NCBI GenBank assembly: GCA_965153455.1
Contig: OZ234494.1
Span: 4,774,001 to 4,838,000 of the forward strand
Source of the DNA: Sphagnum compactum
Lineage: Eukaryota
Reading direction: 5' to 3'
DNA length: 64,000 nt
Numbering within the stretch: position 1 is the first letter of the stretch; each line of letters begins with the position of its first letter. Of the stretch, positions 50,137-62,864 are shown piece by piece. The position numbers and the translations under genes were made by a program. The notes beneath the pieces are model-generated. The model searched no databases, was not told the origin of the DNA, and was given only the letters and a program-made list of their open reading frames with translations.

Positions 50137-50861
50137 ACGCACAACATAATATTTGTAATATATTTGAACTTTGTGATACTGGTGTGCCCCAGATTGGGTT
50201 TTTTCTCTGGAGCAATAAATGAAAATTGCCTGAAAGCAGGAATGTGTCTATCTGATTTCGTGAATCAAAATTCTGATAATTGGGTCCATGACTGGCATGC
50301 TTAATTTTGTATTTAGTTCCAGTCACCAAGAATCTGACTGCTCTTTCTCCTGGAAAATTATACACTGAGCATGAAGCCTGAATCAGGATACTATATTGAA
50401 GTTTCTTGATTGACTATGCATTCACTTGGGTTATAACAGTTTATAATACTAGAAGTAGCTTAGCCTTATGGACAGAAGTGGGTGATCTTCAAGCACACAA
50501 GAATATCAAATACTTAGTGGGTAAGAAGTAGCTAAAAAGACTATTAAGTACTTATAGAAGTAGGTACAGGGAGGAGAAGGATTAATATTCCACTTTTTTC
50601 AAAGATCTAGATTCTACTCTATGCATTTCATTTTGTTTTGTTCCTGTGCAATTTTAGTTTAGTTGCATTACTATTTCATGTTAAAACAATTTACAAAGTG
50701 ATTTGTGTATGAAGTAAATGAAGTAATCTCAAGCACAGTTGGGTTTAAAACTAAGTAAAACTAATGTCAATACCCAATCATGGCATGGACCTTGTTGTAA
50801 TTCACACCTTTGTTAGCTTTATATATGTATATATTTTGAGTGCTAGCCAACATCATGACTC

Positions 50862-51002
50862 AGCCTTTGGGGTTCATCTGCAAATGCCACAATAAGATCA
50901 GGATTGAGAGCCTTTTGGGTTTGTCTGGAAATGCCACAGAAGATCAGGATTAAGCCTCTTGGGTTCATCTAGAAATGTCATTTGAAGATCAGGATTGAGC
51001 CT
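50862..51002. repeat. About 3 degenerate tandem units of 45-48 bp
   Basis: AGCCT(T)TGGGTTCATCTGGAAATGCCACA..AAGATCAGGATT is repeated three times. Confidence 0.75.
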
Positions 51003-51379
51003 TAGTTTAAAAATACAAATTAATTATGGATATGTACAAAGGTTGTCCATATTCAAAGTTTATATGATCACAATTTTTTTCTCACTTCCAACAAAAACAC
51101 ATTCCTAAAAGTGTAGTAACTCGAGGGGGATTGAACCCCATTTCTCGAAATTGCATTCCTAAGCTGCTTGCCCCACCACAACCCCAAACCCCACCCGAGT
51201 TACCCCTTACAAAAACCCAATAGTTTGCCATCCCATATCTATAGCTCTTGTAAATCAATTCCTTCCAAGCTTCACTTGAGAAAACATGTTACAAAAACTT
51301 CCAAATGTTAATGACCAAAAAGAAAACAACAAAAGATTCATTTGTTGAAAATAAAATAAGATGGGAAAGTTGAATACCT

Positions 51380-52950
51380 ATGCAATGTTAATTATTGTCC
51401 ACATTCAAATCTTCAAAATATTTTATTTCTTCAATTAATTCATAATTGTCATCAACTAAAGACCTTTCAACTTTCAGGTAATGTTTCATATTCTTACTTG
51501 ACATACAATTCATGCACAAATCACTATGTTGGTGTTTAACAATTTGATGATTTTGTTCAAGTTTTCTACTTGTTAGCAACATCGTTGCAAAACTGTCAAT
51601 ACTCCAACAAAATTAAACACCCTTTTTCTTTCAATTTGTGACCCTAGAATGCGAATAATCTATTTGGCTGGAAATGACACATTTGGAAATGTGTCTTTCG
51701 TGTTTGTGCCGCCAAATAAAAGTATCTTCACATGTAGTAAGGGATATGGATAACCTCTTGAACAAAAATAAATTCCAATGACAAGTGTAAAAGAAAACTA
51801 TTCAAAAGATGCTTCAACCCCAAACCTGTTACTTTTATTTTCAAGTTCATCACCATGACTAGTAGATGTGCATGCTTCAACACTAAGGTTCATGGTTTTA
51901 AAATATGTCATGAGAAGGGGAATCACAACTTTCAAATCCTATTTAAAAACAAATCGAATTGCATTCCCACATCCCCACAATTTTTTCACAACTCATAATG
52001 ATTTGAATAAGAGATCCAACATGATGGCAAACAAATTATGAATTTGGTCTAAATAATTTTTAAAAAAAAACTAGAGAAAATGTTTCAAAACCTTGACATT
52101 TTTGTCTTGCATGTTTATTTGGAAAAGGAGAAGTTTTGAATTAACTTGGTCTAGAGTTTTTATCCCATCTAAAACCTACAATATTTTAGCCATTTCAAAT
52201 TATAGCTTGATAGTTAAGGTAATCATGGTAGTCAAAACATTAGACAATAACCAATGATCATGGAATCGATTCACAACACAATTTGTGACCATAGGGTTTA
52301 AACATGATGTGAATACCTTTACAATAGTCCACACTTGGGCCTTCATAACTCTTTGTTACAAATTGATAGTCTTTTTCCTTTTGTAAGAAGTGATAATGGC
52401 TTTGCTTAAATTCCAAGGTTTCTTCAAACAAGATGACTTTCAATGCAAATTTGGTTTTGATAAAGGTTTTATGTTTTCAAGGTGGCAAGAATGGGAGAAG
52501 GTTTGTATTGATTGTGAGATGCGAAGAATTAACACGAGCTTTCATGGAATTAATCCCATTAAATTTATTATGTTTTATCAAGCCCTTTTTCAAAACAAAA
52601 AATTACTTGACACTTTTTTTAATGTATAAATAATACATCACAACATTTGCAAAATTTCAAAATCCATATGCAAATCATCATTCATAACATAAAAATCCCA
52701 GCAAATGGAATTTTGGTGGTGTGGTTTCAAAAATACAACTTGAACTTTTATAGCTATAAGTTGTAATATTTCATTTTCCAATGAATTTTTTAATTTCTAG
52801 GTGCATTATTTATGGTTGAATTGTTTGTGGTTACATTTTTACATGTAGGTTGTCCATCAACCTCACCAACCTTTGAACAACACAAGTGTCTTTTGTAGCC
52901 ATGGTGCACATGATCTCACATTGCACATTGTTCATTACACACTACAAATT
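51380..52950 (-). mobile_element. Decayed hAT-superfamily transposase relic
   Basis: The - strand at about 51530-51830 translates, with stops and frameshifts, to FPNVSFPAK*IIRILGSQIE..VFNFVGVLTVLQRCC*QVENLNKII, resembling the hAT C-terminal dimerisation domain. Boundaries are approximate. Confidence 0.6.
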
Positions 52951-55012
52951 GTTGAATTAAAAAACTTTCAAGTTTGATTTATAAGGAATTGACTTATGAC
53001 TTGAAATAACAAGTGCAACTTTGAAAAGTTGCAAGTATTACATGCACTAGACATGAAATTTTTTGTAATAAATCTAAAGAAGTTTAAATTTTTTTTTACT
53101 TGTCACAAAAGCTTCAACATTTCAATGACATGTGGAGGTGTAACAAATCACAACAAAATTTCAATGAGTTGTTGTAACAAGGTTTTGAATTCAGATGAAC
53201 TACAACAAAATGACAAAACTTTGACAATGTGCAATGTTTAATAAATTGCAATGACGAGCTATGAGTTCTAATAAGTTGTGACTTCAAACAAGTTACAACT
53301 TCCAACAAGCTACAACTTCTTACGAGTTATGTTTAGGGTTTTGAATTCCAACACTCCAAGTTCCAACTTTTGATGAACTACAATGAAACCACAACTTTCA
53401 CAAATTCTTAAACAAAGAAACAAAGGACTAACAAACCTTGCAGATCATCATTGCCTATTTTTCTTTTTTCTTTTCTTCCATATCTTGAATGTTTTGTGTC
53501 ATCTTTTAGATGTGACCAAAAATAAAGCTTTTGATAAAGGGTGAAAGCATGGTAAAGTAGAATTTTTTTGATTTTTGTCACCGAAAAAAACAAATAGCTA
53601 GAAATAAGTTTTAATGTATTGAACATATAAATGTTTTTTTATTTAATGATCAACATGAGGATAATTGTTAATTCTATCACAATGATGTTCATTAATGCAT
53701 TCAAGTAGATTTTTAAAAAATAATTGTATTTGTTTCTACTTTGTTTGGTTGTCCAAATTTGCACAAGTAAATGAAAGTAGATGAATTATTGAATATTTTT
53801 TATTTTCAACATGATGTAGCTTTAAAATGTACTTGTAAAATCTCAATGTTTAAATATTATAATAAAATACATCAAACTTCAAATGAAAAAGTAGGTTTAA
53901 ACTCAATTTGTCTAGTCATTTTCAAACATATTTGTTATTTACTTTTATTGTGCCAAAATTTCGTAAAGTTTGTAATAACCTCACTATAAACTCAAAAAAA
54001 AACACCATGCTTTTATTTTGTTATTTTAAATTATTTTCAATCTACTTTCTTTTACTTGTGTCCAAAACAGAACCCTTTTTTGATTGCTTTGAAGATAACT
54101 ACTTTTTCTATATATTTTATTATGCTTTCACCCTAATCGACGAAAACCAACAAACCTCCAAACTCCAAACTTTGTCAAATAAACCTTAAACACTTAAACT
54201 TCAAACGCTTAACATTTGCCCTTAAACACCCCCAATCCAGACACCCCAATCCACTTTTGCAAAGCTTTGGTATCACAAACAGAAAGGAAAAAAAAAAGGA
54301 CAACAAAAGGGACAAGGAAGCTTGAAAAGCTTAAATCCTAATCAAGCATATGCATATCTAAATCCCTAAACATGTGCATATGCCGGCCCTAAACATCATA
54401 TGAAGGATATGCATAACATAGCTATACATATTCGGGATCACATAAAAAAAAGTAACAACAAACAAATATGCATATAATGAAACAAACATACATGTGCAAA
54501 TATGTACAAACATAAGGATATCATCTGGACCTACAAGTGCAATCCATTCAGGAGCCTAACAAATGCAGCCTACATAATCTCAACAAAGCTAGACCTAATT
54601 TTTTGGTGGGTGTGGGCTCCCAGTTGATCAATTAGAGAGAGAGGGAAGATCAATTAGAGAGGGAGCTAATAATGTGGTTCCCTCATTAAAGGGGTTGCAC
54701 TCACAACATATTAATGAAGGGACCACATTATTAGCTCACTAATTTTCTTGCTAATTTTGGGGTTTTTTTTGGTGGGCTGCAAGGAATTGTCACTGGGCCT
54801 TGAAGATTCTGTTTTTTTTGCATTAAGAAAAACATCCTTTTTATAATAATAAAAACCATAGAACCAGCAAAAAGAGTGGGTGTGGAGGAGGAGAAGAGGA
54901 GAGGAGAGGAGAGAAGAGAAGGCCTGGAGCACAGGATCTGGCAATTGGGTCTCTCCCCAATGAATCACATTGCAATGTAGGTTGGTGGAGGGTGGTGGTG
55001 GTGCATTATGCA

Positions 55013-55200
55013 CTGGAATCTGCAAGTGGGTATTTTGGAAAAGTGAGCTGCTTGCTGGAATCCACAGGTGGGTATTTTGGGAAAAGTGAGCTGCTTGCTG
55101 GAATCCGCAAGCGGGTATTTTGGAAAATTGAGCTGCTTGCTGGAATCCGCAAGCGGGTATTTTGGAAAAGTGAGCTGCTTGCTGGAATCCGCAAGCGATA
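55013..55200. repeat. About 4.4 x 42-bp tandem array
   Basis: GGGTATTTTGGAAAAGTGAGCTGCTTGCTGGAATCCGCAAGC units start at 55028, 55070, 55113 and 55155. Confidence 0.92.
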
Positions 55201-55706
55201 TTTCATGGAAAAAATGACCCAAACTCGCCAGTTTTCCAAGAATTTTTTTTTCCAAATAGCTAGTTTTTATGATAAGTTCCAGTAGGTAGCCAAAAAAAAA
55301 AAAAGGATTCTGGTTTTTTAAAACTTTCATAACTAGTATATAGCCAAATCTGGCTAAATCATCTTATGGATGCTCACCACTTAAACTACATCACAAAATT
55401 GGAAAAAAAAAAACTTTGTAGGTAAGTGGACAAGCCTGTTCACCCCTAAAGAAATACAAGCTTTCAATAGAGCCAAGTTATTCATTCATTACAAGACTAG
55501 TGTTTCTTTTAAGGATTTTTGTGATGTAGCCAAAGTGATGATCATCCAGAAAATTATTTAGCTAAATTTGGCTACATACAATACATGAAAGTAGAAAAAA
55601 CCCAGAATCTTTCTATATTCTTGGCTATCTACTGGAACTTATCATAAAGATCTGGCGATTTTGGTTTTTGGAAATTTGGCAAATTTGGGTCATTTTTCCA
55701 TGAAAA
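55201..55706. repeat. Inverted pair of a dispersed repeat of about 200 bp (arms 55201-55400 and 55515-55706)
   Basis: TTTCATGGAAAAAATGACCCAAA / TTTGGGTCATTTTTCCATGAAA, GATAAGTTCCAGTAG / CTACTGGAACTTATC and CTACATCACAAAA / TTTTGTGATGTAG. A related single copy is at about 43550-43790. Confidence 0.8.
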
Positions 55707-58101
55707 ATCACTTAGATCAGAATCCTACAAAGGCATGTCTATCTAGTGTGATTTATCTTCACAATTGGAGGGTATCTATAGTTCATTTCAAGGAGGGCTA
55801 CACTATCTCTACTAGTGTTTCACCTTGAATCTACCCCTTGAAATTATTTTAACAATGTTTTTGAAGGGGGATGGTTAGGGTTAATGATAAGTCATTGTCA
55901 CCTACTACAATGCCTTTCCTAGTATGTCATCTCTCTCCTATGATCGATTTTGCCATGTACATCTTTTTTTTTTTGTAGAGCAAATTGAATTCATCTTGAG
56001 TTCGTCTTGAGTGTTTTCTTTCATCTCCTTTGGATTGTTCTTGTTCTCTTTCGCAATGGAATTATGGTGGAGAATAGAGGGCCACTCACAAGGAGAAAGT
56101 ATGAGCATGACGACCAAGTGTCAAATGTTGGTGTTCAATTTCATTAAGAATTATTTTTTGTAATGTTTCGACAAGGCATTGAAACCATGAAGAATTCAAA
56201 CTCGCATTTAGACTTTGCAATGAGTTAATTGAACATTTGTGTCAATTGAGAGGTAATCTGTGAAAATAAATGCACACATTTTTCAATTTTGTGGTGTATT
56301 TGTGTTTTGTTTCAAAAGTTCAATTACACAAGGCTTCTTGTTTTTTTTGATGTTTTAACAACCGCATTTCACAACTTAAGGAGTGAGATTTGGGTCCTTT
56401 GGACTTATCTCCTGGTTTCCGTGGCAATCAAACCATCCATAATAGTCGAGGCATTTGTGAAAGTCAAAAGCTTGGGTGGCTAGCTATTGTGTGTAGACTC
56501 CCCCTTCAAAGGCGATCCCTTAAATTCTTCCCCTTCTTGGATCGATGTGCTTGTGATGATGAGGTCTCTCAAATGTTTATTTCAACTTCATTTCTTACAC
56601 ATGAAATCATAGATTCCAATTGCGACATCAAAAATTTAGGTTTTAACATCACAAAATTTGATGTAATGATGTGCAAAGGACTCTTTTTATCTTGCTATTC
56701 AACTATGTGTACATGAGAAATTTTGGATGGGGGCATGCTAGTCTTTTGTAGTTTAGAGATGTTGATGGGCTAATATTATTAATTAGGCTAATATTAATGA
56801 TACTCTTATGATTATTTACAATAAGTTACTATTGGTGGAGTATTTATGGTATCCTATTGGAGATACTCTTTTGGAACATTAGAACTAGTGTTGTTGGGTG
56901 GCTAAAAGTTGGTGGTTCCAATTCCAATTAGTCAAAAACCAAATCAAAATTGGGTCTGATTTTTGGGATCAATTTTGGAACTGAAATCAAAGCCTTTTAA
57001 GAATCGGACTTCAAATGATGTGTGAAAAATTGAAACTGAGATTTGTTGAAAAAAAAGATGCTTTGAGAGAAAAAAAAAAAAACACAATTAACCAAAATTG
57101 AAATTTTATTTTTTGGAAAACCAAACTAGGAACTAAAATCCTTAGTAAAATCCATTTACGTGTGGAATCATGGTTCTATTTATCAGTGCATTCTCCTTAC
57201 CAGACTAGTCATTAGGGCAAGACTGATAAGTAGGATGCATAATGCACCCAAAGGGTAACATTCCATTCCTTAGTGTTAAAGGGTACATTCCATTCCTTAG
57301 TGTTAAAGTGCATAATCAGCACTTAGGACACAAAAAAGTGGAATACTTTGTGTACAATAAAATACTCTACCTTTGTATAATATATGCACAAAAGGACAAC
57401 TAAAATCCATAAACTACATTAATGGGTGTCATGTCAACTATTGGAATACATAAATTAATGGGATTAATGTCCACTATGGTAAAAAATTTGGTAAATATAT
57501 TCTCCAATCACTAATAATTTACATTATCCTTCCCAAAAACACACAAACTTTTTTTACACCTAAAAATATTTATATATTTTTCCTTCCTAAAATACTAAAT
57601 TAAAGACCTAAAATTAAATCTATCCTTCCCAAAACCAAAACTTTTAAAAAAAAATTGCCTTTCTTTAATTGCATTAATTATCCATTGCAAAAAAATAAAC
57701 ACAAAAAAATAAACCTGCCTAAAATTAATTACATTTGTCCTTCCCAAAATTATCACATAGGTATATTATTAGGTTCACATCCATCCACCCCAAAAAAAAA
57801 GAAAAAAAGGGGGGGCCAAAAAAGAAATAAAAAATTTATTAACGAGAGCGTGGTGGGTTGCGGCCGTCATGAGAGTCGGCGCCAACTTCGTCGCCTCCGT
57901 TTGCGGGGGCGCCCCCGAAGCCGCAAATTTGGTTCGTTGTTGCTTCAGAGCGCTGCTGCTTGCCAGCCAAACGCAGCAGCCAGCCAACCAGCCAGCCAGC
58001 CAGCGAGTGTAGGTAGGTACGCATCGCTCCAGCAGGATGGCGTTGAAGCAGGCGAAGGAGCAAATGTCGCGACGAGTCGCACAGCTGCGAGTGTCCGCAG
58101 A

Positions 58102-58272
58102 CACGTGCAGCGGATGATGTAAGTACTTACCACCACCGCATTGTGTGAAGGGAAACAACATTTGGTTTTGGTTTTGCATCAGGTTGCATGCCTTCCTAAT
58201 TTGTTTCTGAATTTCCCTCTTTCTTCTTCTTCTTCTTTCTTCTTCTTCTTCCTCACTATTACTGCCCACGTG
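58102..58272 (+). promoter_or_regulatory. Two G-boxes (CACGTG) in the GC-rich region upstream of the NPH3-like gene
   Basis: CACGTG at 58102-58107 and 58267-58272, either side of a CTT-rich pyrimidine patch. Function is untested. Confidence 0.35.
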
Positions 58273-59046
58273 CACTCCCAGCTGCTGCAGTTCCCCAGTT
58301 CGTTCTCCCTTCCCTTCTTGCGCCTTCCAGAGGGTGGCACTGGCGCCCGCCTGTTCTGGCGCCTTTTGCTTCTCCACCCCCCCCAGCTGCCTATCCAAGT
58401 TTCCCGTGAGCCCGAAACTAGCATCGAACTCTACAATTAATTATTAGTAGTAGCGATGCTTCTAGCGTTAAAACCATGGTTTTGTTGAACTAAATATTTC
58501 TAGACACTACACTTGCTGCTGCGTGCTTGCTACTACAGTAGGTAAAAGGAACTCACTTTCTTGCAAATTCGAACGTTTTGCTGTTGGCAAAATCCGTAAG
58601 AACACAGTCGAGTCGACCCCTAGTTGTTTTGTTGCGCTCTCCAAGTGAATTGCTGTCTGGTGAATACTACACTGAGGCGCCATTCCTGCACTGTGAAGAG
58701 AGTCCGCAAGCCGCGATCTGCCTACTAGCATGAAATTGCAAGTTGCAGGCCGCGATTAGCTTAGATCCAATTGATGGATTCGGTCTAATCGATCGCTGAG
58801 CTGGGATCGCGGAGATTTGGGATTTCTTCGACTAGTGATCCAGAGGCGCAATGATCGAGCAGGTTTCTTAAGGTTAGCCTGTTCTTAGATTTTTTGCAAT
58901 CTGATTACCTGGAGCATAATAATCAGTAGTGTCCGTGTAACTGGCTGCTGTACTTACAGTTTATACCTATTCTCGTGCTCACGGCGCGGGCGTGGAGAAT
59001 TCTCTAGAGCTGGTGGTGGTGGGGCGATCAAGCTGTAACAGCATTC

Positions 59047-62000
59047 ATGTCGGCGGTAATGACGTCGAGCTTGCAGCATGGCCACGGCGGGGGCCAGACT
59101 GTGGTGCCCATGCAGTTCCAAGCTGCAGCACAATGTGCCGTGCAGGGAGCCGCGAGGTCGATGCAGCAGTCGTCCTGGGTACCCGCGAACTCGTCGCTAT
59201 TGCAGCTGGAGGCGTCGAGCTGGACCAAAGATCAAATCATCCAGCTCCACGACCGTACTAGTCCGACCAACCACAAGAATAATATGCACAGCACTAGACA
59301 TCACGTTGAGCAGCAGAGCAGCAGCTACAAGCCGAAATCAGCATGCAGCAGCACCAGCAGCAGCGATGATCTTCATCAGCTCGCGGATCATGCACTAGTT
59401 CAAGGTTTTCGCCAGTTTGCACCATCGCTGGAGAATCAGCAGAGTGATCTCCTGGTAGAAGTTGCAGACATCAACTTCCATCTCCACAAGGTAAAAAATA
59501 CCAGCTCTCATGAAATCCTCATGATCAGTACTACGCAACTAGATCCAGAACTAGAGAATATTGTCGCTGATCATCTAGACTTTCATCTGTACAAGATCAT
59601 GTGTGATGGACTAGTGCAGCAGCTAGTCCTGACGGTATTGCAGTGGGATTTGATTTGCATCTCATGTGTGGCCGTGTGATTGTAGTGGCGTTTGTCGTCA
59701 AGGAGTGCGCTCATCAGACGTCTGCTCGCGAGTTCTCACGACTTGGATCACATCAAGCTAGAAGCCATGCCGGGGGGAGCTCAGGCTTTTGAGCTAGCAG
59801 CCAACTTCTGCTACGGCATCACAGTGGAGTTCAACTCCGCCAACATCGCAGCCCTGCGCTGTGCTGCGCACTACCTTGAGATGAGCGAGGAGCTTGAGCC
59901 AGGAAACCTTGCTTCCAAAGCGGAAGCCTTCCTCAGCTCCGTCGTTTTGTGCTCCTGGCAGGACTCCATCACCGCACTTCAGTGCTGTGAGACTTTGCAT
60001 CCATGGGCAGACAAGATCCATCTCACCACAAGGCTTGTGGAAACTATTGCTTCCAAAGCAGCTTGCACTGCTGCTGATCCTCAAGCTTGGTCCTATTCAG
60101 AGCCGCGACCCATCATGTCGTCCATGAACTCATGCAGCAGCACTCCTTGCACCCCAAGGACAAGCTTCAGGAACGATCAGCAGCTAGTGTCAAAGCACAC
60201 AGTTTCTGCTTCTGCAGCTACCAAGCAGCAGCACATCTGCACCCAGCAGTTGGTGCAGGACTCTGCATGGTGGTTTGAAGATGTTGCCAGTTTGAGTATT
60301 GGGTACTTTACCAAAGTTCTTGCAGCAATGGAATCGAAGGGGAATCTGAAACCTCAACTGCTTGGAGCAGCTCTTGAAGTTTATGCCCACATATGGCTTC
60401 CAGGATTCACGATCAAAGTGCAGGCAGCTGCTGCAACAGATTTTTCATCAAGCAAGGATCACATAAGTGCTGCTACAAGTAACAGTTTCTTGAATAGATC
60501 CAAAGATTCATCACCCACCAAGTTCTGGCCGATCAATACAAAGGGTGCAGGATCAGATCAGTCGCAGCAGCAGCTGCTACATGCAGGAGCAGAAGAAGAT
60601 TCACAAGTACAAGCTGCAACAAAATTGCATGAGTTTGTAGCGGAGCAGGATAAGAACAGAGAGACTTTACAAGCTCTGGTGAGTTTGCTGCCGCCTCATG
60701 AGAAGGATGATCATGCGGTATCATGTAGTTTTGTGCTTGGCTTGTTACGTGCAGCGAGTATGTTGAATGTGGGAGCTGAATACAAGCGGGAGCTGGAGAA
60801 GAGAGCTGCCATGCACCTGGAACAAGGAGTTACATTGAGTGAGCTTCTCATTCCTTCCTTCTCCCACACCAGTGAACATCTCTACGATGTCGACCTTGTT
60901 CGTCGCATCCTTGAGCACTACTTGGCACAACTGCAGCAACAGGTGAGGACTATATATCATGTGTCTTAACTGCACTGTTTATTTTTTTGGGTAAAGGAAT
61001 AAAAAAGAATGCATGGACCTTCATATTCCATCTATTGCAAACTGGATCACAAAAAGGACATTCTTGCAACATCATTTCTACCACGTGACTCCTTATGATC
61101 ATGATCTTCATTGAGTCTCTGGATTTTGTTGGCACGTGGTGGTTCTTGCAGCACGACCAGACGAGACCAGGCACCCCAAGGAACAACTCTGAGAAGTCTA
61201 GTAGCTGCGCCAGAACTACAACTGGTTTAGTTAATATGTTTGAAGGTGCTGCTACTTTGTCAGCTGCTGCTCATCAGATGGCAGTAGTGTCAAAGCTGCA
61301 GTCTTGTTCTCCAGCTCAGGCTGCTGCAGCACCCAAACTGATGAAAGTGGCAAAGCTGGTGGAAAGCTATCTTGCAGAGGTAGCAAGAGATAAGAAGCTA
61401 CCTGTTAGCAAATTCCAGGCGCTTGCTGAAGCTCTGCCAGAGTTTATGCGCATCTCTGATGATGGACTATATCGAGCAATTGACACTTATCTTAAGGTGA
61501 GAAGCTGAGAAACACTCATCTCTACAGGTCTTGTCACCCCATGATCCCCTTCATTACTGAATACTTGTTTTAGGGTATGAACTTCAGCTCAAGGCTAATT
61601 TCTCTACAATGAGCTTGTTCTTCTTATTGGAAGCTCAGGTGCAGAGGAATTGCAGGAGGGAAAAATGTAGAGTAAATCAAGGATTCCCAAACATCTTTAT
61701 CTGATGCAATGCCAAGTTCACGGTCATGGAAAATTTTGTTGCAATGTGCTGGGTGATAATTTCAGGCACATCCCTGGAGGGTTAAGAGAGCCTAAGCTTT
61801 GTATCTGATGCAATGCCAGCTTCATGGGCATGAAATATTTTTGTTGCAATGCATTCATGGGCTTCATGTGGAAATCTTTTTGTTTGCAATGTGCTGGGTG
61901 ATTGATTTCAGGCACATCCAGGGTTAACAGAGCATGAGAGGAAGAAGCTTTGTCGAGCATTGGACTGCCAAAGACTCTCAATGGATGCATGCATGCATGC

Positions 62001-62864
62001 TGCTCAAAATGACCGCCTCCCGCTCCGTACTGTTGTCCAAGTACAAATCTTTGCCAAATAACCAAGCTCACGAAACTGGTTTCTGCAGAATGTGAATCCT
62101 AGGCAGTCGCATGATCTGAACCTTGCATAACAATCAAGTTCCTTCAAGCATTTGGTATATACTGAAACCTGAGACATTACCAAACTGCAGGTACTATTTA
62201 GTGAGCAACTGAAGCTCAGGGATGCTATCACAGGAATTACCAACCAGGTTGTGAAAGAAACAGAATTGCATACCTCATCAAGGCTGGAAGCTCAAGGCAA
62301 CAACTCCACAGCCACTGCACTACACACAGGGACTCGGCAAGTGGAGGCTTCAGCAGCACAGGAGCAGGTCAATCAGAAGGACATCAAAGCATTGCAACGA
62401 GACCTTGATGCAATGACAGTCAAGTGCACACAACTTGAGAAAGAATATACTGGCATACATGAACAAGTACTCATCCTGAACCCTAAACCATAAACCAGCT
62501 ATACGTGAAAATCATTCTCCGTAATGATGTCTGAAATTGGTGTTTTCTTTCTAAGCAAGTCCTGAAGTTGGTGTTCTGAAATTGGTTGTTTCTTTGATCT
62601 AAGGAAGTCCTGAAATTGATCCAGGTGTTTTGTGGGTTCTGCTGGTTGTGGAAATACTACTATTCTGGTTCTGAAACTGGTGGACTGTGGCAGGTTGAGA
62701 GGCTTTTGAAACCACCCAAACCACATTCATCATCACCATGGTCATCTGGGTGGAAAAAGCTGAGTAGAATGCAAATTTTTCATCACCACAACAAGGAAGA
62801 GACTGTGATGGTCCCACCGCCTCAACGTGCCACACCTCGAAAATGGAGGAATTCGATATCATAA
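59047..62864 (+). CDS. NPH3: NPH3/RPT2-like (NRL) BTB/POZ protein, NPH3 clade (about 873 aa, 6 exons)
   Basis: Exons 59047-59490, 59686-60942, 61152-61496, 61912-62040, 62191-62466 and 62694-62864 are in frame (2622 nt). [39 protein letters not shown]3 domain: [55 protein letters not shown] coiled coil, WSSGWKKLS and terminal WRNSIS follow. Confidence 0.95.

Noticed and set aside
51113-51185. tRNA-like sequence on the - strand (GGTTCAATCCC, B-box-like)
   Set aside because: No convincing A-box, acceptor stem or cloverleaf; at most a decayed SINE-like fragment.
54965-55330. ORFs with repeated FPKYPLADSSKQLT peptides
   Set aside because: Translation artefact of a 42-bp tandem repeat whose length is a multiple of 3.
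57655-58440. Overlapping ORFs on both strands upstream of NPH3
   Set aside because: Explained by GC-rich and simple-repeat promoter sequence; no domain or splice structure.
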